The position numbers and the translations under genes are program-made. Positions 6,984-15,426 of a stretch of DNA of 26,148 nucleotides are shown one piece after another. Below the pieces are notes generated by a model, which saw only the letters and a program-made list of their open reading frames with translations, ran no database searches and was not told the origin of the DNA. The DNA lies in contig JBDRUX010000025.1 of the NCBI GenBank assembly GCA_039801565.1, positions 1-26,148 of the forward strand, in the 5' to 3' direction. The stretch is from a candidate division WOR-3 bacterium (GTDB lineage Bacteria > Hydrothermota > Tepidihabitantia > Tepidihabitantales > JAOUPE01). The stretch's first letter is position 1. Every line of letters begins with the position of its first letter.

Positions 6984-8693
6984 TTATTTAATCTCGGAAG
7001 ATACTTTTTTAATTCGATAGATTTTAATTAGAGGGCCGGGTCTTATAACACAAGGAAAGTTGGCAAATGGTAGATAAGTAGCATCTTGCTTGTCCATTAT
7101 CAATCGTGGGTTATCGCACCGAAATGGATTGAACTGAGTCAGAAAAATAAAATTAATAGTATCAGCAGTTAAAGTCGCAATCGCTTTTGGCACTTCGCCA
7201 AAAGGTAAAGCTGGATAACTTGTGACCACCAAATAGGTAATATCCCTGGGCTTGATTTGGTCAATCCGAAAAAAGCGAAAAGTATCAGTGTCCCCTTTTT
7301 CTTCATCATAACGCAGAATTCGATAACCAGTTGTTTTCACTTTTGCTTTCATTCGGGTAATAATTTTTTCCGGCAGGGAAAATCCAATGCGAAATTGGGA
7401 ATAACGGGCAGCAACTTCTTGAGCCGAAAAAGGTAAATTAGGAACACTCCAGGCACTTCCTACCCAACCAATTGTCGAGTTGGCTGGAATATTTCTGTCA
7501 ATCCATTCGGTTGCCAAAGAGCGGGTGTCCTTTTTGGTAATTGTTGTTAGATAACCAAAGAGGTTTGGTAACGAATTGGCTAACAGCAGAAGTATCACAA
7601 CACTGATTACAATTATTTGGTTTATGCCTTTGAAACGAGCAAATAATTCGCTGATACCAATTGCCGAAATGATACAAAGGAATGGGACAATTGGTAAAGC
7701 ATGTCGAACATAGACCGCTTTGCCAGCACCCATAAGTAGATAATACATCAACGGAAAAGAGATAAGAAAAGTGGTATATCGCGGGCATTTTATGATAAAA
7801 TAAACAATGGTAAGAAAAGCAAAGACCAGTAAAGGTAAGCCAAGTCCGTGGTTTAAGGCAACGGTAATAAAATTGACCCAGCCGCGACCCAATTCGATTG
7901 TGGCGCCGTAAAGGAGGTGGCCGGTTTCTTTGCTAAATTGAGTTCGGAAGGTAGTGAAGTCGAGAAGGATAAAAGGGGAAAAGAAGAAAAATGATAAGAG
8001 AGCAGTAACAATACCAATGATAATTTTCCGACCCGAAGTGTTTAACGGTTCTTGTTTTAGTCTCAATAAAAAAGCGGCTATCAATGGTATTAGAAATAAA
8101 GCACCGTTATATTTGGTTGAGCCCGCCATACCAGCAAAAAGGCCGCTTCTGATATAATCGGTAATCTTGCCCTGCGTAAAGACTCGTTGGGCAAAAAGTA
8201 AGGCGAGCAAGCCAAAACCAACCATTGTGACATCGGTAGTACCAAAATGCGATTGCTGAACGTGAAGATAAGCCAAAGCCAAAAGGATTGCCGATAGTAG
8301 CCCAGTAGTTTCATCTTTGGCTTTGCCGATAAGGTAGGTCAAATAAACCGTAAAGGTACCAAAAAGAGCCGAGAAGATTCGAAGCATCAAAATTAAAGGT
8401 GCTGGGTTTAAGAGAACTGAGGCGGCAAAATCATTGGCATCGAGATAAAGACCAAAGAGTTTGCCAAATAAAAAATAAATAGCAAAGAGAATGAAGGAGA
8501 GATAAAGAAATAAACTGGGATAATGGAAAAAGTGGGGATTTAAATCACCCGTGCCAAAGGGTAAAGCGTACCGGATTATTACCAGTTCATCCGGCCGGGC
8601 TTGGGTGGCATAAGGTAGACCAAAATTGATACCAATCAACCGAACCGAAATGCCCAGAATAAGAATTATTAAAATTATAATCCGGGTTTTCAT
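6984..8693 (-). CDS. GT-C fold polyprenyl-phosphate-sugar-dependent glycosyltransferase (GT39/PMT_2/ArnT-like), 569 aa
   Basis: N-terminal TM helix, then GLP...PDE acidic motif, LNPHFFHYPSL, SH...D, KYNG, R(H)ALP and many TM segments. Start taken as ATG 8693 rather than TTG 8711. Confidence 0.8.
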   Translation of the reverse strand: MKTRIIILIILILGISVRLIGINFGLPYATQARPDELVIIRYALPFGTGDLNPHFFHYPSLFLYLSFILFAIYFLFGKLFGLYLDANDFAASVLLNPAPLILMLRIFSALFGTFTVYLTYLIGKAKDETTGLLSAILLALAYLHVQQSHFGTTDVTMVGFGLLALLFAQRVFTQGKITDYIRSGLFAGMAGSTKYNGALFLIPLIAAFLLRLKQEPLNTSGRKIIIGIVTALLSFFFFSPFILLDFTTFRTQFSKETGHLLYGATIELGRGWVNFITVALNHGLGLPLLVFAFLTIVYFIIKCPRYTTFLISFPLMYYLLMGAGKAVYVRHALPIVPFLCIISAIGISELFARFKGINQIIVISVVILLLLANSLPNLFGYLTTITKKDTRSLATEWIDRNIPANSTIGWVGSAWSVPNLPFSAQEVAARYSQFRIGFSLPEKIITRMKAKVKTTGYRILRYDEEKGDTDTFRFFRIDQIKPRDITYLVVTSYPALPFGEVPKAIATLTADTINFIFLTQFNPFRCDNPRLIMDKQDATYLPFANFPCVIRPGPLIKIYRIKKVSSEIK

Positions 8694-8711
8694 TAAGTAG
8701 CGCTTTATCAA

Positions 8712-10862
8712 TTAATGAACGATGGCGAATTTTTCCACCCTGGTGCCAGATGGAGTAACGATTACCACCAGATAAATGCCAGCAGAATAGTCGCGGCTAT
8801 CAAAAAATGCCCGATGGTTTGAAGGGTTGACCAAAAGTTCGGTCAAGAATTTACCAGATAGACTATAAATGAAAACCTTTGAGTCCCTGGGCAGACTTTC
8901 CAGATTGACCCCGTTATGAAGACCTTTGATGCAAGGATTGGGAAAAACCCGAACCGCTGGCAAACTTGGTTCTGCTGAATCTCTTAATTCGAATCTACTC
9001 AAACCACTTTGCGTGCCGACCAGTAAAAAGCCATTTCGGTTATCAATGTGTAAACAAGTATAAAAATTGGTAAGATTTAAAGGGTCAGGATTAGGAATTA
9101 TTTCGCTATTGCCTTGGTTGAATTCAGTCCAAGTTTGAGTATGGGGGTCATAAGAGGAAAGGCCAGAAGCGGTTAAGAACCAGATATTCCCCCAATCGTC
9201 TACCCGAACTTTTTTGATATCTTTGGAGAAAGGTGGATTGATAATCGTGAATTTTCCTTCAGCTAATACTCCAGCGCCATTAGCGGTTCCGACCCAGACT
9301 CGGTCTTTGGCATCAATTGCTACTGAGACAACTTCAATTCCCGGTAAGCCAGCCGATTCTTTAAAAATAACCCAAGTATCATCAGTAGGATTAAAGAGTG
9401 TTCCCCGGTAATCAAACATTAACAATCCTTCGTGAGTGCCCAGCCAGACCCGGTTTTTAGAATCAAAGGCAAATTCATAACAACCAGGTCGGCCTGGTGG
9501 CGAGGTAATACTAAAATTGAATTCGATTTGGTTGTTTAAGGAATCAATCGCTCCAACAATCCCAAAATTGTTGCGCACACTCCAAACCCATTTGGTATCA
9601 TTACGGTCAATACCTAAGGCGTTGATGATATTGCGTGGTGTGTATTCGCCCCATTGTAATAATCCCCAGCTAAGAGTTTTGGGGTCAAAGTAGCTTAAAC
9701 CACCCCGATGGGAGAAGTGGCCTAACCAGATTCGATTGTGAGAGTCTTTGGCTAAGACCCGCGCTTTGTAAAGCGGTGAATAAAAGATTGACCATTGTCC
9801 ATCGCTACTTAACCGACTTAAGGCTTGAAGGTCGTGACAGGCGTATATTGAACCGAAATTATCCGTGATTACCGAAAAGACACTGTTCGATGCCAAGCCA
9901 GGTGCGTAGTAATATTTGAAGATAGTATCAGTTGTATCCGAGATGATTCTTAAGCCGTGGCCCCAGTCTGGCTCGCCACCCATTCCGCAAAATAGGAGTG
10001 AATCAATTGCCAAAAGGCTTTTGGTTGGTTCTTGCCAAATCGTATCTACTCGGGTAAAATCGTAGCGGATGAGCCCCTTTTCGGTCGCTAAATAAAATTT
10101 GTTGGCACGATAAGTCATATCTTTTACCGGAGTTGGTAAGGAAAGGACTGGAATAAACTGGCTACCGTTAAATTTAGCAATTCCGGATTCAGTGGCGATG
10201 TAGAGTGTATCGAAGATTACTGCCATTGCCAACACTGAATCACCAAAAGGATGGGGATAGGAATTCCAAAGACTTGTGTCAAGGACTGCGTGACGAGACA
10301 AACGCATTAGCCCCCGGTCGGTGCCAACCCAATAAAAGCTGTCAGTATTGGCAAAGGCGAGGACATCGTCAGATAGTAATTGGGGGTGAGTCACCATGCG
10401 AAATGAAAGGATTTGGTCATCAGTGGGTTGGTTAGGGGTCCCACGAGTATCAATTAAGTAAAAGCCATTTTCACTCGCCAAAAGAATCGTATCAATAACG
10501 ATTAAAATTGATCTTATCTTGGTTGGTAATGCTGAATGACGATAGGTTTGAAGGGCCTGAGTTTGTTGATTGTAGATCGCTAGCCCACCAGTAGTCCCAA
10601 GCCAAAGATTATTTATTTTATCCCGGGCAAGACAAAGTAATTGATTTTGCGGTAACCCTTCGGTATTAGTGAATATTCTTTTAAATGATATCTCATCCCA
10701 AATCGAATCTAAGATAACCAATCCACCATTGGTGGCACAGTATAATCGGTTTTGGCTTATTGCCATATCATTAATTATGTTGGCATTGGTGTAAGTTTGC
10801 CAATTACCCAATGTCGTGGTTGAGCCCAAGGTTATTAAAAGGGCTAAAATTTTACTAATCAT
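8712..10862 (-). CDS. PorZ-like double beta-propeller (Reg_prop repeats) with T9SS CTD, 716 aa
   Basis: Signal peptide from ATG 10862; WQTYTN...YCATNGGL N-terminus; DxxxxxW(L/V)GTxxG repeats; two DxRGTxxxxTDD motifs; CTD VFPNP...IYSLSGK...AGIYLV...KFAIVH, the architecture of PorZ. Confidence 0.7.
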   Translation of the reverse strand: MISKILALLITLGSTTTLGNWQTYTNANIINDMAISQNRLYCATNGGLVILDSIWDEISFKRIFTNTEGLPQNQLLCLARDKINNLWLGTTGGLAIYNQQTQALQTYRHSALPTKIRSILIVIDTILLASENGFYLIDTRGTPNQPTDDQILSFRMVTHPQLLSDDVLAFANTDSFYWVGTDRGLMRLSRHAVLDTSLWNSYPHPFGDSVLAMAVIFDTLYIATESGIAKFNGSQFIPVLSLPTPVKDMTYRANKFYLATEKGLIRYDFTRVDTIWQEPTKSLLAIDSLLFCGMGGEPDWGHGLRIISDTTDTIFKYYYAPGLASNSVFSVITDNFGSIYACHDLQALSRLSSDGQWSIFYSPLYKARVLAKDSHNRIWLGHFSHRGGLSYFDPKTLSWGLLQWGEYTPRNIINALGIDRNDTKWVWSVRNNFGIVGAIDSLNNQIEFNFSITSPPGRPGCYEFAFDSKNRVWLGTHEGLLMFDYRGTLFNPTDDTWVIFKESAGLPGIEVVSVAIDAKDRVWVGTANGAGVLAEGKFTIINPPFSKDIKKVRVDDWGNIWFLTASGLSSYDPHTQTWTEFNQGNSEIIPNPDPLNLTNFYTCLHIDNRNGFLLVGTQSGLSRFELRDSAEPSLPAVRVFPNPCIKGLHNGVNLESLPRDSKVFIYSLSGKFLTELLVNPSNHRAFFDSRDYSAGIYLVVIVTPSGTRVEKFAIVH

Positions 10863-10871
10863 CCGAAGCGA

Positions 10872-10928
10872 CGAAGCCGATTTTGAAATAGAAAAATAGA
10901 TTTTCTTAAGAATTCGACTGCGTCGAAT
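10872..10928 (-). repeat. Duplicated hairpin-containing leader motif, copy A
   Basis: Core CTTAAGAATTCGACTGCGTCGAAT (10905-10928) is 23/24 identical to 14932-14955; flank 10872-10890 is 15/19 identical to 14900-14918. Confidence 0.75.
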
Positions 10929-10941
10929 AATATTCTGGGTT

Positions 10942-12315
10942 TTAGTAAGCACCTTTTCCTTTCAGGACGACACCAAAGGTTTTTAGAATTATCACAAAGT
11001 CCATCCAGAGCGACCAGTTTTTTACATAGTATTCATCTAAAAGTAATCGTTCTTTAAAAGAAAGTTCACTACGACCTGAGACCTGCCATAGACCAGTCAT
11101 ACCTGGTAATACCTTGGTGATAATATTAATAAAATTGCCAATGTTGTCCAGTTCTCTGGGCAGATAGGGTCGAGGTCCAACTAAATTCATTTCACCTCTT
11201 AAGATATTAAAAAGTTGGGGCAGTTCGTCTAAACTGAAACGTCTTAAGAAACGACCAAATGGTGTGACCCTCGGGTCTTTGCCTTTAAGTTTAAAAAATT
11301 TATTCCATTCTTCTCGACTTACAACTTGTGATTTTAGTAAGGCATCCAAACGCGCCTCAGCATCTTGATACATCGAACGGAATTTGAGACAATTGAATAA
11401 CTTTTTATCTTTACCAATCCTTGGTTGTTTGAATAGTACCGGGCCCGGCGAGGTCAGTTTTATCGCAATAGCACTAAAAAGAAAAAAAGGACTAAAAATT
11501 AGCAAAGCAACTATCGCTAAGCAAAACTCAATCGTCCGCTTGAGCAGTAGATTTGTCGGTTGGAGCAAGTTGTAACGAAACTTCATCAAAAGTAAACTAT
11601 CCAAAGGAATAATCTCAACTCCGACACTTGGCATTTGAGCCAATTCCGGCACAATTATAAATTCTTCACATTTGCCCTCAATCTTCTGAAAAAATTTTGC
11701 AATGGTATCTTTAGCCAAAGTTTGAGCAGAAACTATCACCGAATCCGGATGGAGTTTTGTTAACCAGTCATCGTTATCTATCGGAATGTCGGTTTGATTG
11801 ATAATTTCATAGCCAAGGTTTTTATTTTTTAGAATCTCTTTTCTTATAGCTTGGCTCGTGGCATCGTCACCAACGACCACAACTTTCTTTGACCAGAGTT
11901 TGACCCGTAAAAGTAACCACTTTAACAAAATGCGTGCCAGGGGTAAAAGGACTAAACTTAAGACAAATGCCAAGACTACAACCGTTCGCGATACCGAGTA
12001 AGCCCGGGTGATATAAATCGCAATTATCGTCAAACCAGTGGCAATGAATGAACCGCGCCAGAGGCGTTTCGTCTCTTCCCAAATTGTGAACCGCTGGGTA
12101 TAAAGTCTTTCATAGGCAAAAGCAATAATGTAAACAAAGAGCAAATAATAACGAGCAACCAAAACCTCAAACGGCAATAGCGGACCAAATCTTGGTATCA
12201 ATAAAGGTAACAACCGGTCACGTAAAAAGTAAGCCAAAAGATAAGCAAGGGCGAAGACAAAGGCATCGGTAATAATTAGTAATAAAATACTGATTAGCTT
12301 TTTAAGTCGGCGCAT
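10942..12315 (-). CDS. wbaP: Undecaprenyl-phosphate hexose-1-phosphate transferase (WbaP/WcaJ family priming enzyme)
   Basis: Four N-terminal TMs and a CoA-binding-like domain, then the Bac_transf domain KR...SPGPVLFKQPRIG...KFRSM...DPRVTPFGRFLRRFSLDELPQLFNILRGEMNLVGPRP...PGMTGLWQVSGRS...D..YVKNWSLWMD. Confidence 0.9.
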   Translation of the reverse strand: MRRLKKLISILLLIITDAFVFALAYLLAYFLRDRLLPLLIPRFGPLLPFEVLVARYYLLFVYIIAFAYERLYTQRFTIWEETKRLWRGSFIATGLTIIAIYITRAYSVSRTVVVLAFVLSLVLLPLARILLKWLLLRVKLWSKKVVVVGDDATSQAIRKEILKNKNLGYEIINQTDIPIDNDDWLTKLHPDSVIVSAQTLAKDTIAKFFQKIEGKCEEFIIVPELAQMPSVGVEIIPLDSLLLMKFRYNLLQPTNLLLKRTIEFCLAIVALLIFSPFFLFSAIAIKLTSPGPVLFKQPRIGKDKKLFNCLKFRSMYQDAEARLDALLKSQVVSREEWNKFFKLKGKDPRVTPFGRFLRRFSLDELPQLFNILRGEMNLVGPRPYLPRELDNIGNFINIITKVLPGMTGLWQVSGRSELSFKERLLLDEYYVKNWSLWMDFVIILKTFGVVLKGKGAY

Positions 12316-12359
12316 CGCTTACGGATTGGATTAATGCTTTTAGCGAAACGACTTGCCTT

Positions 12360-13814
12360 TTATGTTGTCAGTTTTTTTATTAATTTGTTTTCTTTATTGT
12401 AAATTTCAATCGCTAAAGGAATTTGCCCAACTGTGTGGGAGGCACAAGCCATACAAGGGTCATAGGCGCGATAAAACATTTCGATGGTATTCAAAAGCCC
12501 ATCATCAATTCGGCCGTTACGAATTAAAGTTTTTGCGGCGTTTCGCACCGACATATTTATCGCACCATTATTATTAGTGGTGGCAACAATTAGATTCACC
12601 TTATCAATCAAGGCATCTTGAGTCAATCGGTAATGGTGAATTAGAGTGCCACGCGCTGCCTCAACAATACCGATTCCTTCACCGGTAAAATGGAAATTCA
12701 TATTCCGAATATCCGAGCCGGTAATTTCCGGGTCGGCTAATAACTCTTTTGCCCGTTCGGTAGCATAGAGAAGTTCAATTAATCTTGCCCAATGGTAGGC
12801 TAAAGTATTATGGACCGGTTTTGTGCCAAAAGTCTTGTAGAATAATTCGTATTCGGCTTGGGCATAAGGTGTTGCCATTCCTTCGGCAGCATTAAGTCTA
12901 CCCAACGGACCAACGCGATAGAGGCCATTATTCTTACCATCGGTGAGTCCTTTAAAGCCAATTTGCTTTAGGTAAGGCACTTTGACATAAGACCACTCTA
13001 AGACCGCCTCGGCAATATGGTTCAAATAATCTTTGGGAGCAAATTTTACAAACTCTTTTCCTTCAGGGTCGGTAACCCGAACCATTCCATCATAGAAATT
13101 GACCTGATTCTTGCTATCAACCAGTCCCATATTATAAAGCGATAGCGAAAAGGCAGAATCGGTGACGAGATTCATATACCTTGGATTTTCTAAGACCGTC
13201 TTATGGAAAAGTTCAAGGGTTTTAAGGGCAAATTGGAAACAAGAGTCAGCCATCGTTACCATCTCTTTATGTTCTTCGGTGGTAAGTGGTTTAGTTTGAC
13301 CACCGGGTAAGCCACAGACCGGATGGGTTGGTTTACCGCCCAAAATTTCGGTCATCTTTTGACCATAGGCGCGATGTTGGATAACGGATTTGGCTAAATC
13401 TAAACCGACTTTTTCAATGACACCAATAATATTGCGTTTTGTTTTCGGTGCATCCGGTCCGACCACAAAATCCGGTCCGCCTAAGAAATAGAAATGGAGA
13501 ATATGGTCATAGATATAATAACCACAGTAGATTAACTCGCGCAATTTCTTCGCTACCGAAGGTGGCTCAACACCGAATGCCATATCTAAGGCTTTGGTGG
13601 ACGCATAATGATGGGCGACCGGACAGACACCACAGATGCGACTGGTCAATTGTGGCATATCTTCGGCTTTTCGGCCTTCACAAAACTTCTCAAAACCTCG
13701 TAGTTCAGGAATTTGCACATAGGTATTTGCAACATTGCCCATTTCGTCCAAAAAAATTTCAATCTTGCCGTGCCCTTCTAATCGCGTAATTGGGTCAATT
13801 GTAACTTTACGCAC
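12360..13814 (-). CDS. mvhA: [NiFe]-hydrogenase large subunit, group 3c-like (MvhA type)
   Basis: GTG start with [28 protein letters not shown]1 [19 protein letters not shown]2 [10 protein letters not shown], plus a 24-aa C-terminal extension. Confidence 0.85.
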   Translation of the reverse strand: MRKVTIDPITRLEGHGKIEIFLDEMGNVANTYVQIPELRGFEKFCEGRKAEDMPQLTSRICGVCPVAHHYASTKALDMAFGVEPPSVAKKLRELIYCGYYIYDHILHFYFLGGPDFVVGPDAPKTKRNIIGVIEKVGLDLAKSVIQHRAYGQKMTEILGGKPTHPVCGLPGGQTKPLTTEEHKEMVTMADSCFQFALKTLELFHKTVLENPRYMNLVTDSAFSLSLYNMGLVDSKNQVNFYDGMVRVTDPEGKEFVKFAPKDYLNHIAEAVLEWSYVKVPYLKQIGFKGLTDGKNNGLYRVGPLGRLNAAEGMATPYAQAEYELFYKTFGTKPVHNTLAYHWARLIELLYATERAKELLADPEITGSDIRNMNFHFTGEGIGIVEAARGTLIHHYRLTQDALIDKVNLIVATTNNNGAINMSVRNAAKTLIRNGRIDDGLLNTIEMFYRAYDPCMACASHTVGQIPLAIEIYNKENKLIKKLTT

Positions 13815-13823
13815 CTTTGCCTC

Positions 13824-14804
13824 CTAAATCGGTCGAATTGAACGATTGATAATTGCCGCTGCTAAACCATACATATAAAAGGTTCCGATTGGGTCTTTTA
13901 TTTTATTAATCAACTCTTCGACAGCGGTTTCGGTTAAATTCTTCTCCTCATCTACTTTCAAAATTGAACCGATTGCCGATATCATCTTTGCTCCTTGGTC
14001 AATCACTTCGGGAATTGGTCCTAAGCAACCGGTGCAGGGCCAGTTGCCATTGATACAACGCGTCTGACAACCCATCCTGGTGGCTGGTCCCATACAGATA
14101 ATCCCTTGTTCTAAAAAACAGACTTTCGGGTCAACAATTATCTCATAGGTTCGTTTGATATCGGGCATCTTTTTTGACTGGTTAGTATTGCGGGCACACT
14201 CTTCGCATAATGCCTTAGTTGGAGCAAGTACGGTTCCTTTTGCCGGCAATTTATTTTCGGCAATTGCCTTGACCGCATCCAAGATTAAAGGCACAGGTGG
14301 CGGACAACCGGGTAAATAGTAGTCAACTTCAACCACTCGGTCTAAAGGCGATACCAGGTCATAAAATTCCGGGATTGTCAACTCACCTTCATTAGTCTTT
14401 ACTTTGGGATTAGGAAACATACCGGAATCATTAGCGGTAGAAAAGGTATCTTTATAGACGGTTTGAAAGATCGCCGCCCGGTTATAGAGGTTGGCTAAAC
14501 CAGGAATACAACCATGCTGGGCACAAGAACCAAAGGCAACCAATACCTTCGATTTCGTTCGCAACAGTCTTGCCAGGTGTTCCTGCTCAGAGTTCCGCAC
14601 CGAGCCATTAAAAAAACAGACATCCATAAACCGGTCCGGAAAATTCTCGACATCGGCGTATTTCGTATCCATCGCGACGGGCCAGAATACGATATCGGCA
14701 AAATTTAAAACATCGAGAATCTTTTCGTTGATATCCAAGACAGCAATCTCACAGCCACCACAAGATGCTGCCCAATAAAAGCCAAATTTAAGTTTTTCGT
14801 TCAT
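13824..14804 (-). CDS. mvhG: [NiFe]-hydrogenase small subunit, group 3c-like (MvhG type), 326 aa
   Basis: WAASCGGCE, AFGSCA, YLPGCPP, LCEEC, CFLEQGIICMGPATRMGCQTRC...PCTGCLGP; no Tat signal. ATG 14804 has an AAGGA RBS. Confidence 0.85.
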   Translation of the reverse strand: MNEKLKFGFYWAASCGGCEIAVLDINEKILDVLNFADIVFWPVAMDTKYADVENFPDRFMDVCFFNGSVRNSEQEHLARLLRTKSKVLVAFGSCAQHGCIPGLANLYNRAAIFQTVYKDTFSTANDSGMFPNPKVKTNEGELTIPEFYDLVSPLDRVVEVDYYLPGCPPPVPLILDAVKAIAENKLPAKGTVLAPTKALCEECARNTNQSKKMPDIKRTYEIIVDPKVCFLEQGIICMGPATRMGCQTRCINGNWPCTGCLGPIPEVIDQGAKMISAIGSILKVDEEKNLTETAVEELINKIKDPIGTFYMYGLAAAIINRSIRPI

Positions 14805-14899
14805 TGATTTTTCCTTTCCCAAAATTTGTCGCTTGGGCAAAATTGACAATTTCCAATCGCTCTTGTAGCAGTTGAATCGAAACAATTAAGTTCATTATC

Positions 14900-14955
14900 C
14901 GAATCGGCTTTCGAAATAAAAAGGGAAATCCCTTAAGAATTCGACTGCATCGAAT
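14900..14955 (-). repeat. Duplicated hairpin-containing leader motif, copy B
   Basis: CTTAAGAATTCGACTGCATCGAAT (14932-14955), matching 10905-10928. Confidence 0.75.
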
Positions 14956-14964
14956 CATTACTAA

Positions 14965-14993
14965 AGAATAATCAAAAAATGCTTAATAGTCAA
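14965..14993 (-). promoter_or_regulatory. Putative sigma70 promoter of the hydrogenase genes
   Basis: Minus strand TTGACT (14993-14988), 17 bp, TATTCT (14970-14965). Confidence 0.5.
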
Positions 14994-15063
14994 TAATGAA
15001 AAAATCGTTCGGCAATCAAATAGTTATGAGTAGCAAAACGATTTGAGTATGACCTTAGCTTTT

Positions 15064-15426
15064 TTAAAGCCGGCTCGTTAACCGAAACCGGATATCTTTG
15101 ACAATATCGGTTTTTTCCGTTTCGGATTGTTTAGTGTCTGTTTTCAATCGGCTTACGATAAGTTCATTTAACTTTTTTATGATTTCTTTTTTTAAAAAAA
15201 TCAGTTCGTTCATCCAAGCGGAATTATCAACCAAAACAACTAAAGTCCCATTTTCAATGGCATAAGGTTTAGTGTGTTTTTTCACTTCTTTACCCACGGC
15301 ACGATTCCACAAGAGGATTGCTTGCTGTTCTCGAAGTTTTTCGGATAATCTGAGTTTGTCTAACACTTCGGGTAAAAAGTCGGATAATAGTATCGGCGGT
15401 GGTGTCTTGCGAAAAGACCTTCTCAT
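15064..15426 (-). CDS. DUF721 / DciA-like protein
   Basis: WNRAVGKEVKKHTKP...GTLVVLVDNSAWMNELIFLKKEIIKKLN...VKDIRFR matches the DUF721 pattern. The start overlaps the purL stop (ATGA). Confidence 0.8.
   Translation of the reverse strand: MRRSFRKTPPPILLSDFLPEVLDKLRLSEKLREQQAILLWNRAVGKEVKKHTKPYAIENGTLVVLVDNSAWMNELIFLKKEIIKKLNELIVSRLKTDTKQSETEKTDIVKDIRFRLTSRL

Noticed and set aside
10863..10952. Longer starts in the ORF track (10952; likewise 14885, 25941, 3090, 1775, 8711)
   Set aside because: Signal peptides, RBS positions or family N-termini favour the downstream ATGs used above.
12360..12470. Selenocysteine ([NiFeSe]) hydrogenase
   Set aside because: The L2 motif is DPCMAC with ordinary Cys codons and no in-frame TGA.
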